From contig NC_068981.1 of assembly GCF_001194135.2 (NCBI RefSeq), positions 100,105,564 to 100,169,563 on the forward strand: a stretch of 64,000 nucleotides of DNA, in the 5' to 3' direction. Source of the stretch: Octopus bimaculoides (lineage: Eukaryota). The translations under genes and the position numbers were made by a program. This document shows positions 11,590 to 24,329 of the stretch, one piece after another; position 1 is the first letter of the stretch, and each line of letters starts with the position of its first letter. The notes beneath the pieces were generated by a model. That model ran no database searches. It saw only the letters and a list, made by a program, of their open reading frames with translations, and was not told the origin of the DNA.

Positions 11590-12446
11590 ACGAAGGGATA
11601 ACCTAAAGAAACCGGAATTATACAATATTATTTTACTCAGTTTTATCAAAGTATTCTCCATTTAAAGCAATGCATCGGTCCAGGCGCGTTTTCCACTATT
11701 CGAAGCAATCCTGGAACTCTTGTGAAGTGATGCCTTTTAACACCTCCGTCGTTTTTTCTTCACCTCTTCCACATTTGCAAATTCCGTAGCGCCAGCTGTC
11801 GTCACCAGTGATCGCCTTCAAATAAAAGGTCCAGATTAACTTCTAACTATTCTTTCAGTGCAGGGCACGCATTCTGTCGTGACTGTTTTTGATCTTCCGT
11901 GAGCAAGCGAGGCATAAATTTAGCTGCAACTCTTTTCTTCCGCATTACCTCGCTCAAAATTCGTTGGCAGGAGCTCCAGGACATACCAGTCATATCAACA
12001 AGTTCATCAATTGTTTGGTGACGGTCCTCCAAAATCAGTTCATGAATTTTCATGATGTTTTCAATCGTTCGGTAGGCCGACGGCCGGCCTGGACGAAATT
12101 GGTACTCAAGCGACAAGTGACCATTCCTAGAGCGTGAAAACTACTCGTAAACTTGTGTTTTGGTCATGGCAGCCTTCTTGTAAGCTGTTTGAAGCATGGC
12201 AATCGTTTCCGGCGCCCTTTTCCCCAGCAGAAAACAGAATTTCACGGAAGCATTCCTTTATTTCAGCCATCGCAAAAATCGAGGAACAGGAGAGAAGCAC
12301 TGCAAAACAAAGACGCACCACGTGGCAGTGTGACGCTCCAACATAACACCGGTCGGCAGACTGTTGCCTGAGGGTCACATCAAGTGGCTTCTAGTGGCGA
12401 AAGGCTGAACTACAATGGACTGTTCCATAGGGAACGTTTCTGTTTA
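11590..12446 (-). mobile_element. Mariner-family transposon, internally deleted and frameshifted
   Basis: N-terminal HTH region (..VYEWFSR..GRPS..IHELILED..IDELVDMTGMSWSSCQRILSE..RVAAKFMPRLLT..) fused to the C-terminus (FANVEEVKEKTTEVLKGIT..WKTRLDRCIALNGEYFDK). The catalytic core is missing. Confidence 0.9.
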
Positions 12447-13399
12447 CTTTTGAGTAGATAGATAGATAGATAGATAAAACTTACTTGGAAAAGGATGCGT
12501 GGCGTTCGATCATATAATAATATAAATGATATATATATGCATGTATCCATACATATATGTACATACCTACATCTATATGTATACATACATGGGTACAGGA
12601 CATCATGAAAAACGTTAAACATAATAATGAGAAACGAAAACAGAAAACGAACTTTTTTCGAACAACGAAAAAAAACAAACAGAGAAACGAGACATGCAAC
12701 ATAAGGAGTATNNNNNNNNNNNNNNNNNNNNNNNNNNNNNNNNNNNNNNNNNNNNNNNNNNNNNNNNNNNNNNNNNNNNNNNNNNNNNNNNNNNNNNNNN
12801 NNNNNNNNNNNNNNNNNNNNNNNNNNNNNNNNNNNNNNNNNNNNNNNNNNNNNNNNNNNNNNNNNNNNNNNNNNNNNNNNNNNNNNNNNNNNNNNNNNNN
12901 NNNNNNNNNNNNNNNNNNNNNNNNNNNNNNNNNNNNNNNNNNNNNNNNNNNNNNNNNNNNNNNNNNNNNNNNNNNNNNNNNNNNNNNNNNNNNNNNNNNN
13001 NNNNNNNNNNNNNNNNNNNNNNNNNNNNNNNNNNNNNNNNNNNNNNNNNNNNNNNNNNNNNNNNNNNNNNNNNNNNNNNNNNNNNNNNNNNNNNNNNNNN
13101 NNNNNNNNNNNNNNNNNNNNNNNNNNNNNNNNNNNNNNNNNNNNNNNNNNNNNNNNNNNNNNNNNNNNNNNNNNNNNNNNNNNNNNNNNNNNNNNNNNTT
13201 TTTTAGAGAAATTTTTTGTTACAGTCACAACATTTAAGAAGAATTATTTTGTTAAATTAAAAATTATGAATTATGTAAAACACAGACGTGAGGGAAGGGA
13301 GTTTTATTACAAAATCTTCCTTTCAGCAAGTTTGTGTTGATTTACTTATTTGAAAAAGTATTAATTTTATATTATTGATAATTGGTAATGTCTGTAGTG

Positions 13400-13690
13400 A
13401 AGAAGCTCACTTTGCAGCCACGCAGTTTCTGCTTCTATCCCACTGCTCAGCACCTTGGGGAAGTATCTTCTACTATACATACATACAGTGAACAACTTTC
13501 GCCAACCAAATTCACTCAGGGGCCGACTAATGCCTTGTGAGTGAATTTTGTAGACTGAAATTGAGTGGAAACCTATCGCGCGCGTACGTGTATCCATCGC
13601 TTACCAACCGATGCTGGTTTGTTTGTGTCCCTGTGAATTAGAGGTTCGGCTGAAGACATCGATAGAATAAGTACTGGACTTAAAATAAGT
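13400..13690 (+). mobile_element. Decayed SINE family A-like copy
   Basis: caccttggggaagtatcttctactata...gcttaccaaccgatgctggttt...gatagaataagtact. Confidence 0.65.
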
Positions 13691-14134
13691 ACTAGAGATG
13701 TGTGTGTGTGTGTGTGTACGTGCGTGTATGTGTGCATGTGTGTGCTAGAAAATACATTGTTAGAGGAGGAAAGGGAAATATACAAGAACTTTGTTCATAG
13801 TCTTTAAGCAAGAATTAAAAACAAAAATGTTATAACAGTTACCGTATCTATTATGTGTATCAAGGAAACAGAGATAAGTATCGTTTGTAGAATTAAGAAA
13901 AGACACATATAAGATATTTAGTCGAAATAAAACAGATTTTATAAACCGCTTTTTATAAAATGTCTAATATCAGTATCTCAAATGGCAATACAGTTTCCTT
14001 TTATTGAACTGTACATAAAGAATGACAAAAGTTGTGTAATTAACAGAAATTAAGTAATAAACTGTAGTTCTAAAACATTAGTGCATTGCAATATAATAAT
14101 GGTTTAGTTCCTGTGTTTGTCTTTTTCATTCAAG

Positions 14135-14170
14135 TTGCCAGTTTTGCACAAAACACTAAGCGGGCAGAAG
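14135..14170 (+). other. Candidate 36-nt plus-strand exon
   Basis: Acceptor tgtttgtctttttcattcaag and consensus donor AG|gtaagt. Open in two phases. No partner exons established. Confidence 0.3.
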
Positions 14171-14690
14171 GTAAGTGAGGCGAAGAAAATGAGCAAGAAA
14201 CTGAAAACCAGAAGTTAAATATATCTCATTTTTTAAATATCATAATTTGTACAAGTCTGTCTTTCATCAGTATTAACTGAATCACCATTCAATGTAAACG
14301 CACCTACCTATGTAATAAAAGGAGAATTAAGAGTCTTTTGAAAACCAGACTTGTTTTTCAAAGTACAACTCAGTAATTTGGGAAAGAACCTTGTGGTATA
14401 TTTAAGTATTGTATGCAATTGTACGTTCCTACCTACCATTTGTACCACACTAAGGGAAGTACCTCAAAGGAGAAAGGGAAAGTCAGCTAAAAAAAAAAAA
14501 GAGAGAGAAAATAAGAGATAAAAATAGTAAATAGTGATAGTAGCAGTGGTGATGTTCTTTATTGGGTTTTTTGTGTGTGTGTGTGTGTGTATGTGACATA
14601 TGTTCTTTGTTTGTAGTTGATAGTCAGGGACGGTGGCGGCGGCGACATCGCTCGACGACAACCATTTGCACTACGACACATGCGTTAAAT

Positions 14691-14948
14691 CAGTGGTTCC
14701 CAAAGTGGGCAGTGGAAAGATCCAGGGGACGTTGAAGAAAAGTGGGGTGATAATAGGGTGGCCAAAATGGGGGGAGAGATGTAAAACAAAAAATATCAAT
14801 AGGTCAATTAGGTTTAAGTTTTATTTGTGAAATACGGTTGTTTTGAATTTGCTGCAGAAAGTGGTCTATATTTGTAGTGGGCGGGGAGCCTAGGAATGTG
14901 ACCTGGGTGCCAAAGGTGCGGCAGTATGAAAAAGTTTGGGAACTACTG
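14691..14948. mobile_element. hAT-type MITE
   Basis: TIRs cagtggttcccaaa / tttgggaactactg and 8-bp TSD cgttaaat / cgtcaaat. Confidence 0.85.
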
Positions 14949-15349
14949 CGTCAAATCACAGAATTTTTATTATTATTATTTCAGTTCACAGGAATAAATA
15001 TTTTGTTCGCCGCCAACCCTTTACTGTTTGCAAAAACCTCCATCACCTCCAACAACATTATCACAACAAACTGATAATTGTTCTCTGTGTGCATACGTAG
15101 GTATGTATGCATATGTATATGTGCACGCGTGTATGTATGATTATACGACTGTATCAATTCCTCGGCTTGTTTTCTTTCTTTTTCCTATATTTCACTGTTG
15201 CCACTTCAACTAACATTTGTCACAATTTCTTGTTCCAACCTCCTCTCTCTCTTTCTCTGTTGTCTTTCTGTCTGTCTATCTGCTTTGCCTTCTAGTCTCC
15301 GTCATCTCCACTATCACAATAACAACAACCAACAAAACTTCTGTTCCAC

Positions 15350-16700
15350 TAGCTATATCCGTGGAATTCCACGGTTTTCGCTAGTCATATTTATCTCCGT
15401 AGTTCAGATTGAATGTATTCAGCTAATGCGTTTTACTCTTCGCCAGAAGTTGCAAATATCATTCATGAAGCCAAATATTTTGGCCTTATGTTTCATTTTA
15501 CTTCATATCAAAACAACGAGAGCAAATAGCAAAAACAGTTTATGTTGATATTGATTTTGAGGAGAAAACAATTTTCATAAGTGGCTTTACTTGGATTTAT
15601 CCAATTAAAACGAAAGGATGCCGAAAATATGGTGGAAGTTATTTTGGAACAACTTATGAGACACAAAATTCCGTTAAAAGACTGTCGATCTCAATCTATG
15701 ACAATGCTGCCTATTATAAAAGTAGTATTCAACAGAAAATTAATGAAAACAATTGCAAAGCTATTTTTGTAAACTGCGAAAATTATTTTCTCAGTTTGGT
15801 TGAAGTGCATGCTGCTAACAATATTGGTATTGATGGTAGCATTTTTTGGTGTAATTCGGTCACTTTATTCATTTTTTTTCCCTACGCAACACTCCGTTGG
15901 CAAATCATGAAAAGAAACCATACCAATAGTTGTCAAGTTTGAATTTGAAACTCGTTTGAGTCCCGAAATAGAGCAATGAAACCTGTTCATGAATACTTTT
16001 CCGTCTTAGTGGAACTTATGCAAAGTATGATGAAGGATCAAATTCAAACATTCGACACAAAAAGTAACGTGAAGTAATGTAGTTGCTGAATCAAATTTGA
16101 TTTATAATTTTTGGTTTTGCTTGAATTTCGGGATAAAATTCCTATTTAGATTGATCATAATAGACCATACCATAAACATTCATGATGTTGCTTATTATTT
16201 AAAGGCCCTTCGAGATTATATTTAAGCAATCGAGAATCATTGGCCAGTGAATCATTTGAAGCTGGACTGAAACTATGTTCTGAACAGGATACTGAAATGA
16301 AAATACCTCTTAGAAGAAACAAGTTCCTGATGAAAAATCTAAGAACGCAGAATTCACTGCGAAAAAAGAAATTATGAAACTATTTCTAATTTAGGCACAG
16401 GGGCAGTCATCGATGCCACAGATCCAACACTATATTTTACCGACCCTAAAAAAAATGAAAAGCAAAGATGATCTCGGTGAAGTCAGAACACGTAAAGAGA
16501 CGAAGGAAATACTCCAAAGCATTTGTCTACATTGAAAATAATGGCAGAAACCTGAACGCTTCCATAAATCGCTCCATGACTTAAGTTCAAAATTTTGATT
16601 TCTTTAAGATATTAGACAATTAATGTTTGATCCAATTGAAGGGAACCGCATTCATAACGTTAGAAAGTTGTTTCGGCATTCAATAAGGCGTTTAAGTTTT
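15350..16700 (+). mobile_element. Heavily decayed hAT transposase fossil (ZMYM/Tip100-like)
   Basis: Fragments LGFIQLKRKDAENMVEVILEQL...LKDCRSQSYDNAA, with many stops and frameshifts. A SINE B fragment lies at about 16400-16540. Confidence 0.75.
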
Positions 16701-18008
16701 TTTTCTATTGAACATGATGTTTCCCAAATTTGATAGTATATATAAAAACAAAGGAATGCTTGAAAATCGCAACAATAAATTATTTATATCAGTCTTCCTT
16801 TAACTTCCATGTGTCACCAGATGAGTAGATCAGAACATGTTCTTACAACATTAGATTGAAAATAGACAGTAATGCATACAGTGAGAAAATAACATATATG
16901 TTTGGACAGTAATCTCTGCATAGACAATTTGCAAGTTCTCACATACGACATTAATTAAAAAATTATTTGTACGTCCGCACATGTTCTTTTTTGTAAGGTC
17001 AAGCGCTCTGGAAATAATGTTAAGTGAATGTTCTTAGGATAAAGTTCTTTTTGAGTGACAAGCGTAAGAAGTAAACAGAAAAATAATGTAATATTCGTGT
17101 TTTTAACATGGTTGAAATAGAAATCGGTGTATGATTTCTCATTCAACTGAACATATCTTGTTTTTCAGACAGCTGAAAATGTAAGAAGAGAACGGCCAGT
17201 GTTGTCACACGTGTTGCTTTCACTAATATTCATTGGAAAGACAAAGTGACAGCTTACCAAAGCCGGCTGGCGAAGGAGCTACAAGAGAAGGAAGTAGTCT
17301 TGTGTTCTGTTTATATTGCCAAAAATACTTGTCTGATTATCGGACTCCGATAGGCTAATAAAATCAGTGAAATACCAAAACGTTGCTTGTTGCACGAGGG
17401 CTTGAACGAGGCCGCGACATAGCTTGTCAAGTAACGCTCGCTATTGCAATGTCATTTGCCAGCTGATTGATACTAATAAGTTGAAATTGATCATATATCT
17501 AAGAGTGTCAAGAGGGTTGCTTGTCACTCGAGCTGAACTTCAATGAAGATATTGTAGTGGAAAAGGTGTAGCAAAAGATGTTGAGGTAGTAGATGAAATA
17601 GGCATGTAGACGACTTCAAAGTAAAACAATGGGAAAACATCGGGTTGTTGTTTAAATAATTTATTTAAATAACACTTGCATTTTCTTGTTGTATACACCA
17701 AATATTTCACTACATCACATTACCAACTGCTTCGAGCTGGCGAAAAAATTAACAGGGTAAATACTGTGTTGATGTGATAGGGTAGAACCGCACGTTTTGT
17801 AGAAACATACGTTGTGCGTTGGTCCTTCAGTGGTGTCTGTTTATGTTCTGCGACTGCAACTGTCGTTCATGTTGAATATCTGAATCTGTGTTGCCTGTTT
17901 AACTGGCGAAGTTACTGGCTGGCTATCGCGTGGCGCTCTCTCTCTCTCTCTCTCTCTCTCTGACTGACTGACTGTCTGTCTGTCCCTTGGCGGATTGCTG
18001 TATTTATA

Positions 18009-18061
18009 ATGGTCGTGACAGCTAGAAGGACAGACATACCACAGGAGAAATTCCTACCTAT
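18009..18061 (+). other. Possible plus-strand first exon (MVVTARRTDIPQEKFLP)
   Basis: ataATGG context and donor gtaagt at 18062, downstream of CpG-rich promoter-like DNA with (CT)n. Could be chance. Confidence 0.2.
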
Positions 18062-20614
18062 GTAAGTCGCCTCCTGTCCACTTGAACCTTAAATGACATC
18101 GCTAAGATCGAAGGTCGAAGGGAAACAATCCATTATTTTTTGACAGGAAAAAGAAATTTCTTTTGCATTTGTTTGGTCAGTGGTGGATCAGACGAGCGAG
18201 AATCCTTAGATACGGTTTCGAATCTCAGCTCGGAAAAAGGATGTGTTAGCTTTTACAATATATTTCGTTGGCTGCATGAATAATACCTGAAGTAAACCTG
18301 CGAACATTTAACTGAAATATTTATTGTCGGACATAAAGATATTTGGTGTTGGCTATTTATAACGAACAATATAAGTATAAGTATTGGGGGAGAGAGATGG
18401 GAGAGAGAGAGACTGCGCCACGTCCTTAGAAGCTACTTATGAGACAGTATATGAATGTTCAGAATGAGTTCGTCCAAGAATCTGGAGTTGTCTGCGTAAA
18501 TATTTGTAACCGTCAGCGTGGCAGAAGAGGGGCAATCGCTGGTACAAGAACATTCGAGAAAACCAAATCACACCACACCCTCACGCTGATTGGCTGATTA
18601 ATAGACTGATCATGTGAAACTATGGTGGTTCGTTTGTGGTGTCTGACCGATTATCTAGCAGTTGGGATGTCGGATCACTGCTGCAAGAGCTTCAGTCTGA
18701 CAAGAATGACTATAGTCAGGTTTAGCTTTACTCAGTACTGAATGTGGGGAAACAGTGGACAACTTTTTTACGGTATTACCGATGCATTTCCATTGTCAAA
18801 ATTAACAAAAAAATACAACATTAAAATGAAGTTTAAAATCATTCACAAGAATTGTTAAAATAAGTGAAAACAAGCAATTTCTTTTAAAGTTTCAAGTTCA
18901 GAAGGATATTATATCAATAAATGTTTACACACAGTGATGTTTTATTTATAAATGTATTAATTATTTTATGTATATTTTATGTTTTATATATGTATTATAC
19001 ATAGCTGCTTTTCATTTGTCATAAAATAAACCAAATTTGAATATCATAGTAAAAATTCATCAGAGTTATAAAGAAGTCTGGCTTAATGGGCACCGTTTAT
19101 TGATTTGCTCTAGGCACAATGAATCCTAGTTTAAACGTGGAGGGACGAATCTGCTCTCCTATAGCAATTAGCTTTGTCTGCTATTTACAGTATCTTTTTA
19201 CAGCGAGAGCATTAATAACGAGAATAAAGTAAAATATGTATCACCGGGGACGGTGAATTAAAAGTTGAGTAAATCCACAGATTATGTCTCACTCTGCAGT
19301 ATATATTTGTTAATGACAATGAGATTTATTAATGTAGCCATGAAAGTTTTTGATGCGTATACAGTTGGAAAAGGAGACTGTGCAACATTTAGGGTACACT
19401 TACAATCATATTTACTGTAATATTTTCACGAACCAATAGATAAATGACTGATGGCCAATTCAAGATTCATTAGAATCAAAGTAATGAGATATAATATTTT
19501 CTGTGGCCAGGATAACGTATCTCAAGTATATTTTTCCAGCAGACATTTTCAACAACTGGGTGAAGTGATGACTAATAAAATGAAGAAGCGTACAATAAAC
19601 CTACGGTTCATTTGGAGAATACAGCCCAAGCATTCTCTTCACGACTACTGATAGAAATTTTCTGTGAACTGTGATTACAGTATTTTCGGTCTATAGCGAA
19701 TTCATGTCGACAACACACGTTTTTCTGACGTGTCACTCTAGCCAATTGAAAACTAGTATGTTGAGATAATTTTTGACTGTATTAAGCAGACTAAAAGTCT
19801 TTCTATTCTCTTGGCTCATTCATTTAACCCATAAACTGCTGGGGTTTTGTTGTATGTAACACGAACTGCTGAGCCTATTTTAGGTAAAGAACAACATCGA
19901 TTTATCACTCGAAAAAAATACTCAGTGTTTCTTAACACCTTCTGTGATTGGCTACACTGTTTCTTGGGTGAAAGGGTATCGTGTTCAGACATTATACGTC
20001 ATCAAAATTAGGTCAGATTATGCTCTACTTCCGTGGCCTGTCCACTGAGGTGACCTATCGCAGTTTATGGGTTAATACTAGAAAAAGTCGCACTCCTGTA
20101 CCAGCAACTATGGCCAAGCCGACTCCCCCCTCTCGCCCCCAGACTCTATGTTAACGGCCAGGTTTTGTTTTAGCCTCAACAGAATAACTTCTACCAGCTT
20201 AAAATACGTATGTCATATATTTTTTCTCTTTATGGTTAGCTCTTAACTAATCACACACATTTAACGGTACAACACTTTACTTCATTGCCACGAAAATATG
20301 AACATTTCTATGAACATTTTCTTTAACACATATCTACAACATAAATTATCTCATTCACTTATCGATGCAGATTTTCACAAACACGTTTATATAAACTTTA
20401 CTGTGATTGCTGTCAATTAAGATCTGAAATTTTCCATGTCTAAATTCCATCCTATTTTAACCAGTACTCTCAAACGATGTGTAATGACTTCTGCTGCTAC
20501 ACTGGAAATAGTGATTCCGATTTGTTGATTTGCTTATAATTAGATATCCCTGTTGTTTGGATGGCTTGTGAAATGAAGTGAAGAATGTGTAAAGTTGTAT
20601 AAAGAAAAGTGGAA

Positions 20615-20648
<34 letters not shown>

Positions 20649-20670
20649 GGATAACAACAACAACAATAAT

Positions 20671-21216
20671 AAATGCCCTGATGCAGTACCAAGTAGTGGC
20701 TCTCATGGCTTCTGATCTTAACTGATCAGAGTTGTGTTATCATGTACATTGTTTTGTCTTGGTATAAAAGATGGGCTACAGCAAATATTCTGCTCAATAC
20801 CACAGATTTGCCTGTCAGTTGTTTGACCTTAACCAGTGGCTGACTATATGTGCATCTCTGATCACAAGCAGAAGTAGTGGGGGAGCATCATAGCCATGTG
20901 CTGAAAGGAATTCTTAGGGGTCTGGATAATCCACCTCTGGAAACATGGGTGTTTCATTCGTCATCCTTAAACAACCCTTATTCAGGGACCTTTTGAGCAG
21001 GATGGGCTACTCAACCTGAAGTAAATTCTAACTGGGCCCCACTTGTGAGGTCATGTGCTGTTTATCTTGGTATGGAATCACCATATCACGCACATATATG
21101 GTTGTGATGCATGTGCCTGGTGTACCCTTATCAGACGGGTGGTCATGATGGGTATCACTGGGCTTTGTATATTTTACCCTAGTGTCACTTTGACAGCATG
21201 CACTGCTCTTTCACTC
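20671..21216 (-). mobile_element. Non-coding interspersed repeat embedded in (AAT/AAC)n
   Basis: Complex 545-bp block flanked on both sides by AAT-rich microsatellite. I recall it as a common octopus repeat; not verified. Confidence 0.6.
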
Positions 21217-21249
21217 AATAATAACAACAACAATAACAATAATAACCCT

Positions 21250-21470
21250 TTCTACTAAAGGCACGAGGCCTGACATTTTGGGAGACGGTTTAGTCAATTA
21301 CATCGACCCCAGTATTTCATTGGTACTTAATTTATCAACCCTGAAAGGATGAAAGGCAAAGTCGACCACGGCAGAACTTGAACTCAAAAAGTGAAGACGG
21401 ACAAAATACTGCTAAGTATTTTGTCTGGTATGTTAACGTTTCTTATTTCTTTATTGCCCACAAGGGGCTA
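21250..21470 (-). mobile_element. SINE family B with the tail of a second family B copy joined at GAAAC
   Basis: Reverse complement reads tagccccttgtgggcaataaagaaataa|gaaacgttaacatacc...gtcgactttgcctttcatcc...ctggggtcgatgtaat. Confidence 0.75.
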
Positions 21471-23590
21471 GTTAATGGTTTAACATTCCTACTTCTAAAA
21501 AATGAAGAAACAAATGAACCAAAAATCTATTGACCCATAAACCTGCTTAACAACAATGTATAAAATGCTAACATCTGTCCTGACTGAATATACCTATAGT
21601 TTTTTAATAGGAAGTAGCATATTCCCTAATAAGCAAAAAGGATGTAAACATGAATCTTATGGTTGTAAAGATCAGCTATTCATCAATAAGATGATCTTAG
21701 AAGATTGTCACAAATGGCGCAAAAACTTGTCAATAGCCTGGATAGACTATAAAAAAGCTTTTGATAGCCTACCACATAGCTGGATTAAGAGATGTCTGGA
21801 AATTTATAAAATAGCTCCTACTCTGTGAAACTTTTTGTCTGTAAGTATGAGATCATAGAGAACCACACTGACTTTGAACAGTGATAACGAATCTCTAAAT
21901 GCTGGAGATGTAAGAATTTCATGTGGCATTTTCCAGGGTGACTCACTATCACTATTCCTCTTTTGTCTAGCCTTAATACCTCTCTCAAGATTGCTCAATG
22001 ATGCACAGTACTGCAATAAAATGTTTGATGAAAATATAAATCATATCATTTACATGGATAATTTAAAACTATTTGCAAAAAAATAACCAACAACACAAGG
22101 GCTTACTAGCGATTGTTAAACAATTCAGTGATGACACCAGGATGCAATTTGGCCTTGATAAATGTGCAAAAGCTTCCTTTATCAGGAAAATTGACAGAAA
22201 CATCTAACATTAACCTTGACCAGAAGAATGTCATAAAAGAGTTAGAACCAGTGGAGAGCTGGGGACGGAATCAAACATGCAGTGATGAGGGAAAGAATCA
22301 GAAGAGAATGTTATCACAGGGTGAGAGCAATACCGAAGACAGAGCTGAATGCAAGAAACAGGATTGAAGCAATCAATGCTTTAGCTATACCAGTCGTGAC
22401 TTACAGTTTCAATATCATTAACTAGTCAATTACCGAAATATGTAATCTTGGCAGAAAAATACAAAAACTGTTGACAATGCACAGAACGCACCGTCCTAAG
22501 GCAGATATAGAACAACTTTATCTGCCAAGAAAAGAGGGAGGCCGTGGACTTTTAATACTGGCATTAACAATGAAGATTGCTACAATTGGCCTAGACACCT
22601 TCCTGAAAAACTCTGAGAACTGGATGTTAAAACTTGTCTCAAAACATGAAAACAAGAAAGCATCATGCTCAGTAATAAAACAGGCAAAGGAATATCTAAG
22701 TGAATTCTGAATACAACAAATTCCAGAATTAGACATACTAGAAACAAGTGCAGAAAATCTAAGCGCATGAAAACCCGTGCTAAAACTGCTGCCTTAGATA
22801 TTCTGACTGATAAATGGCAAGAAAAACCTCTCAATGGCAAATACCCAAAGAGAGCGAATAATGCCAATGCTGACAAAGCCCTTACCTATCAATGGCTAAT
22901 GACTTCTGGCTTAAAATCAGAAACAGAAGGGTTTATCATAGCAGCCCAAAATCAATGCCTACCTACAAGGAACTACCAGGACAACATATTAAATAATGGC
23001 AGCTCCCCAATATGTTGTGTATGTCAACAACAAAATGAGACCATTGATCATGTCGTCTCCATGTGCAGTTTTCTTGCGCCTACAGAGTATCTCAACAGGC
23101 ATGATAGAGCTGCACAATATATTCACTGGGTAATTTGCAAAAAACTGGACTTGCCCCATGATAAAAACTGGTGGGAACACAAACCACCCCCAGTGCTTGA
23201 AAATTATTATATCTCACTCCTCTGGAACTTCACCATTCAAACTGATAGAAAGATAGATGCATATAGGCCAGACATCATATTGAAAGACTTTCAGACAAAA
23301 ATCATACCTCCTCATTGATATGACTGTCCCAATCGATATAAATGTATCTGTCAAGACCTACCAAAAACTGAGCAAGGATAAAGATCTTGAAATAGAAATT
23401 AGCAAAATGTGGAACCTGAAGACTAAAACAATACCTGTTGTCATAGGTGCCCTAGGAATGATAGCAAAAGGGGCTGATTGCTACCTAGCTCAGATACTAG
23501 GAAACCCCAAAATGGCAGAAATTCAAAAGATAATGCTCATGGGAACTGCCCATATCCTACGTAAAATACTGTCTATGTAATCTCAAATTT
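21471..23590 (+). mobile_element. 5'-truncated non-LTR retrotransposon with RT, CCHC and restriction-like endonuclease (R4/Dong-like), pseudogenised
   Basis: RT motifs DYKKAFDSLPHSWI, GIFQGDSLS and YMDN; zinc knuckle CCVCQ..ETIDHVVSMC; RHD; RLE motif RPDII..(D)MTVP..K. Several frameshifts and stops. Confidence 0.92.
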
Positions 23591-23630
<40 letters not shown>

Positions 23631-24175
23631 TACACACATGCACATGTTCACACATGTGCGTGCACACACACACACATAATTAACTCCAAAGTTCATTATG
23701 TAAAGCACCCTAATTATGAAAACCACCATTATAATTGTTTGCTTTTTTCAATTCTTCATGCCACTTATATCCTTACTGGCCTAAGTCAATGTATTAATGT
23801 TATAAATTGCTATTCCTTTAGCTTTAAAACTCTCACTTTCCCTGTTATTTTATTGTTTCGATGAAACTAAAACGAATATATGTAAATAGTGATTCTGGCA
23901 CTGACACAAAAGCCACAAAATATTGATTGTTGACTGAATTAAGTACATGAATGATACTTTGTTTTGTTAACCTTGAAGAAGATGAAAGGCTAAACCAATC
24001 CTTACAGAATTTGAACACAAAATGTAGAGTGATGGTACTGTTAGGTATTCAGTTCAGATCTCTATTGTTTCTGGCTTTCCACTGCTCTCTGAGAAATCAC
24101 TTATATCAGTAGAAAAAACAACAAAAACTGTAACTGTTGTTACAGCAATAATAAATAATCACCACAATGTAATGG

Positions 24176-24290
24176 GTGCAGGAGTGGATGTGTAGTAAGA
24201 AGCTTGTTTTCCAACCATATGGTTCTGGGTTCAGTCCCACTGTGTGACACCTTGGCAAGTGTCATCTACTATGGAAACTGAAAGAAGCCT
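24176..24290 (+). mobile_element. SINE family A head with internal deletion
   Basis: gcaggagtggatgtgtagtaag...ttcagtcccactgtgtgacacc...gaaactgaaagaagcc. Confidence 0.7.
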
Positions 24291-24329
24291 GTTGCATATG
24301 TGTATAAATGTGTGTGTGCATGTGACCTG

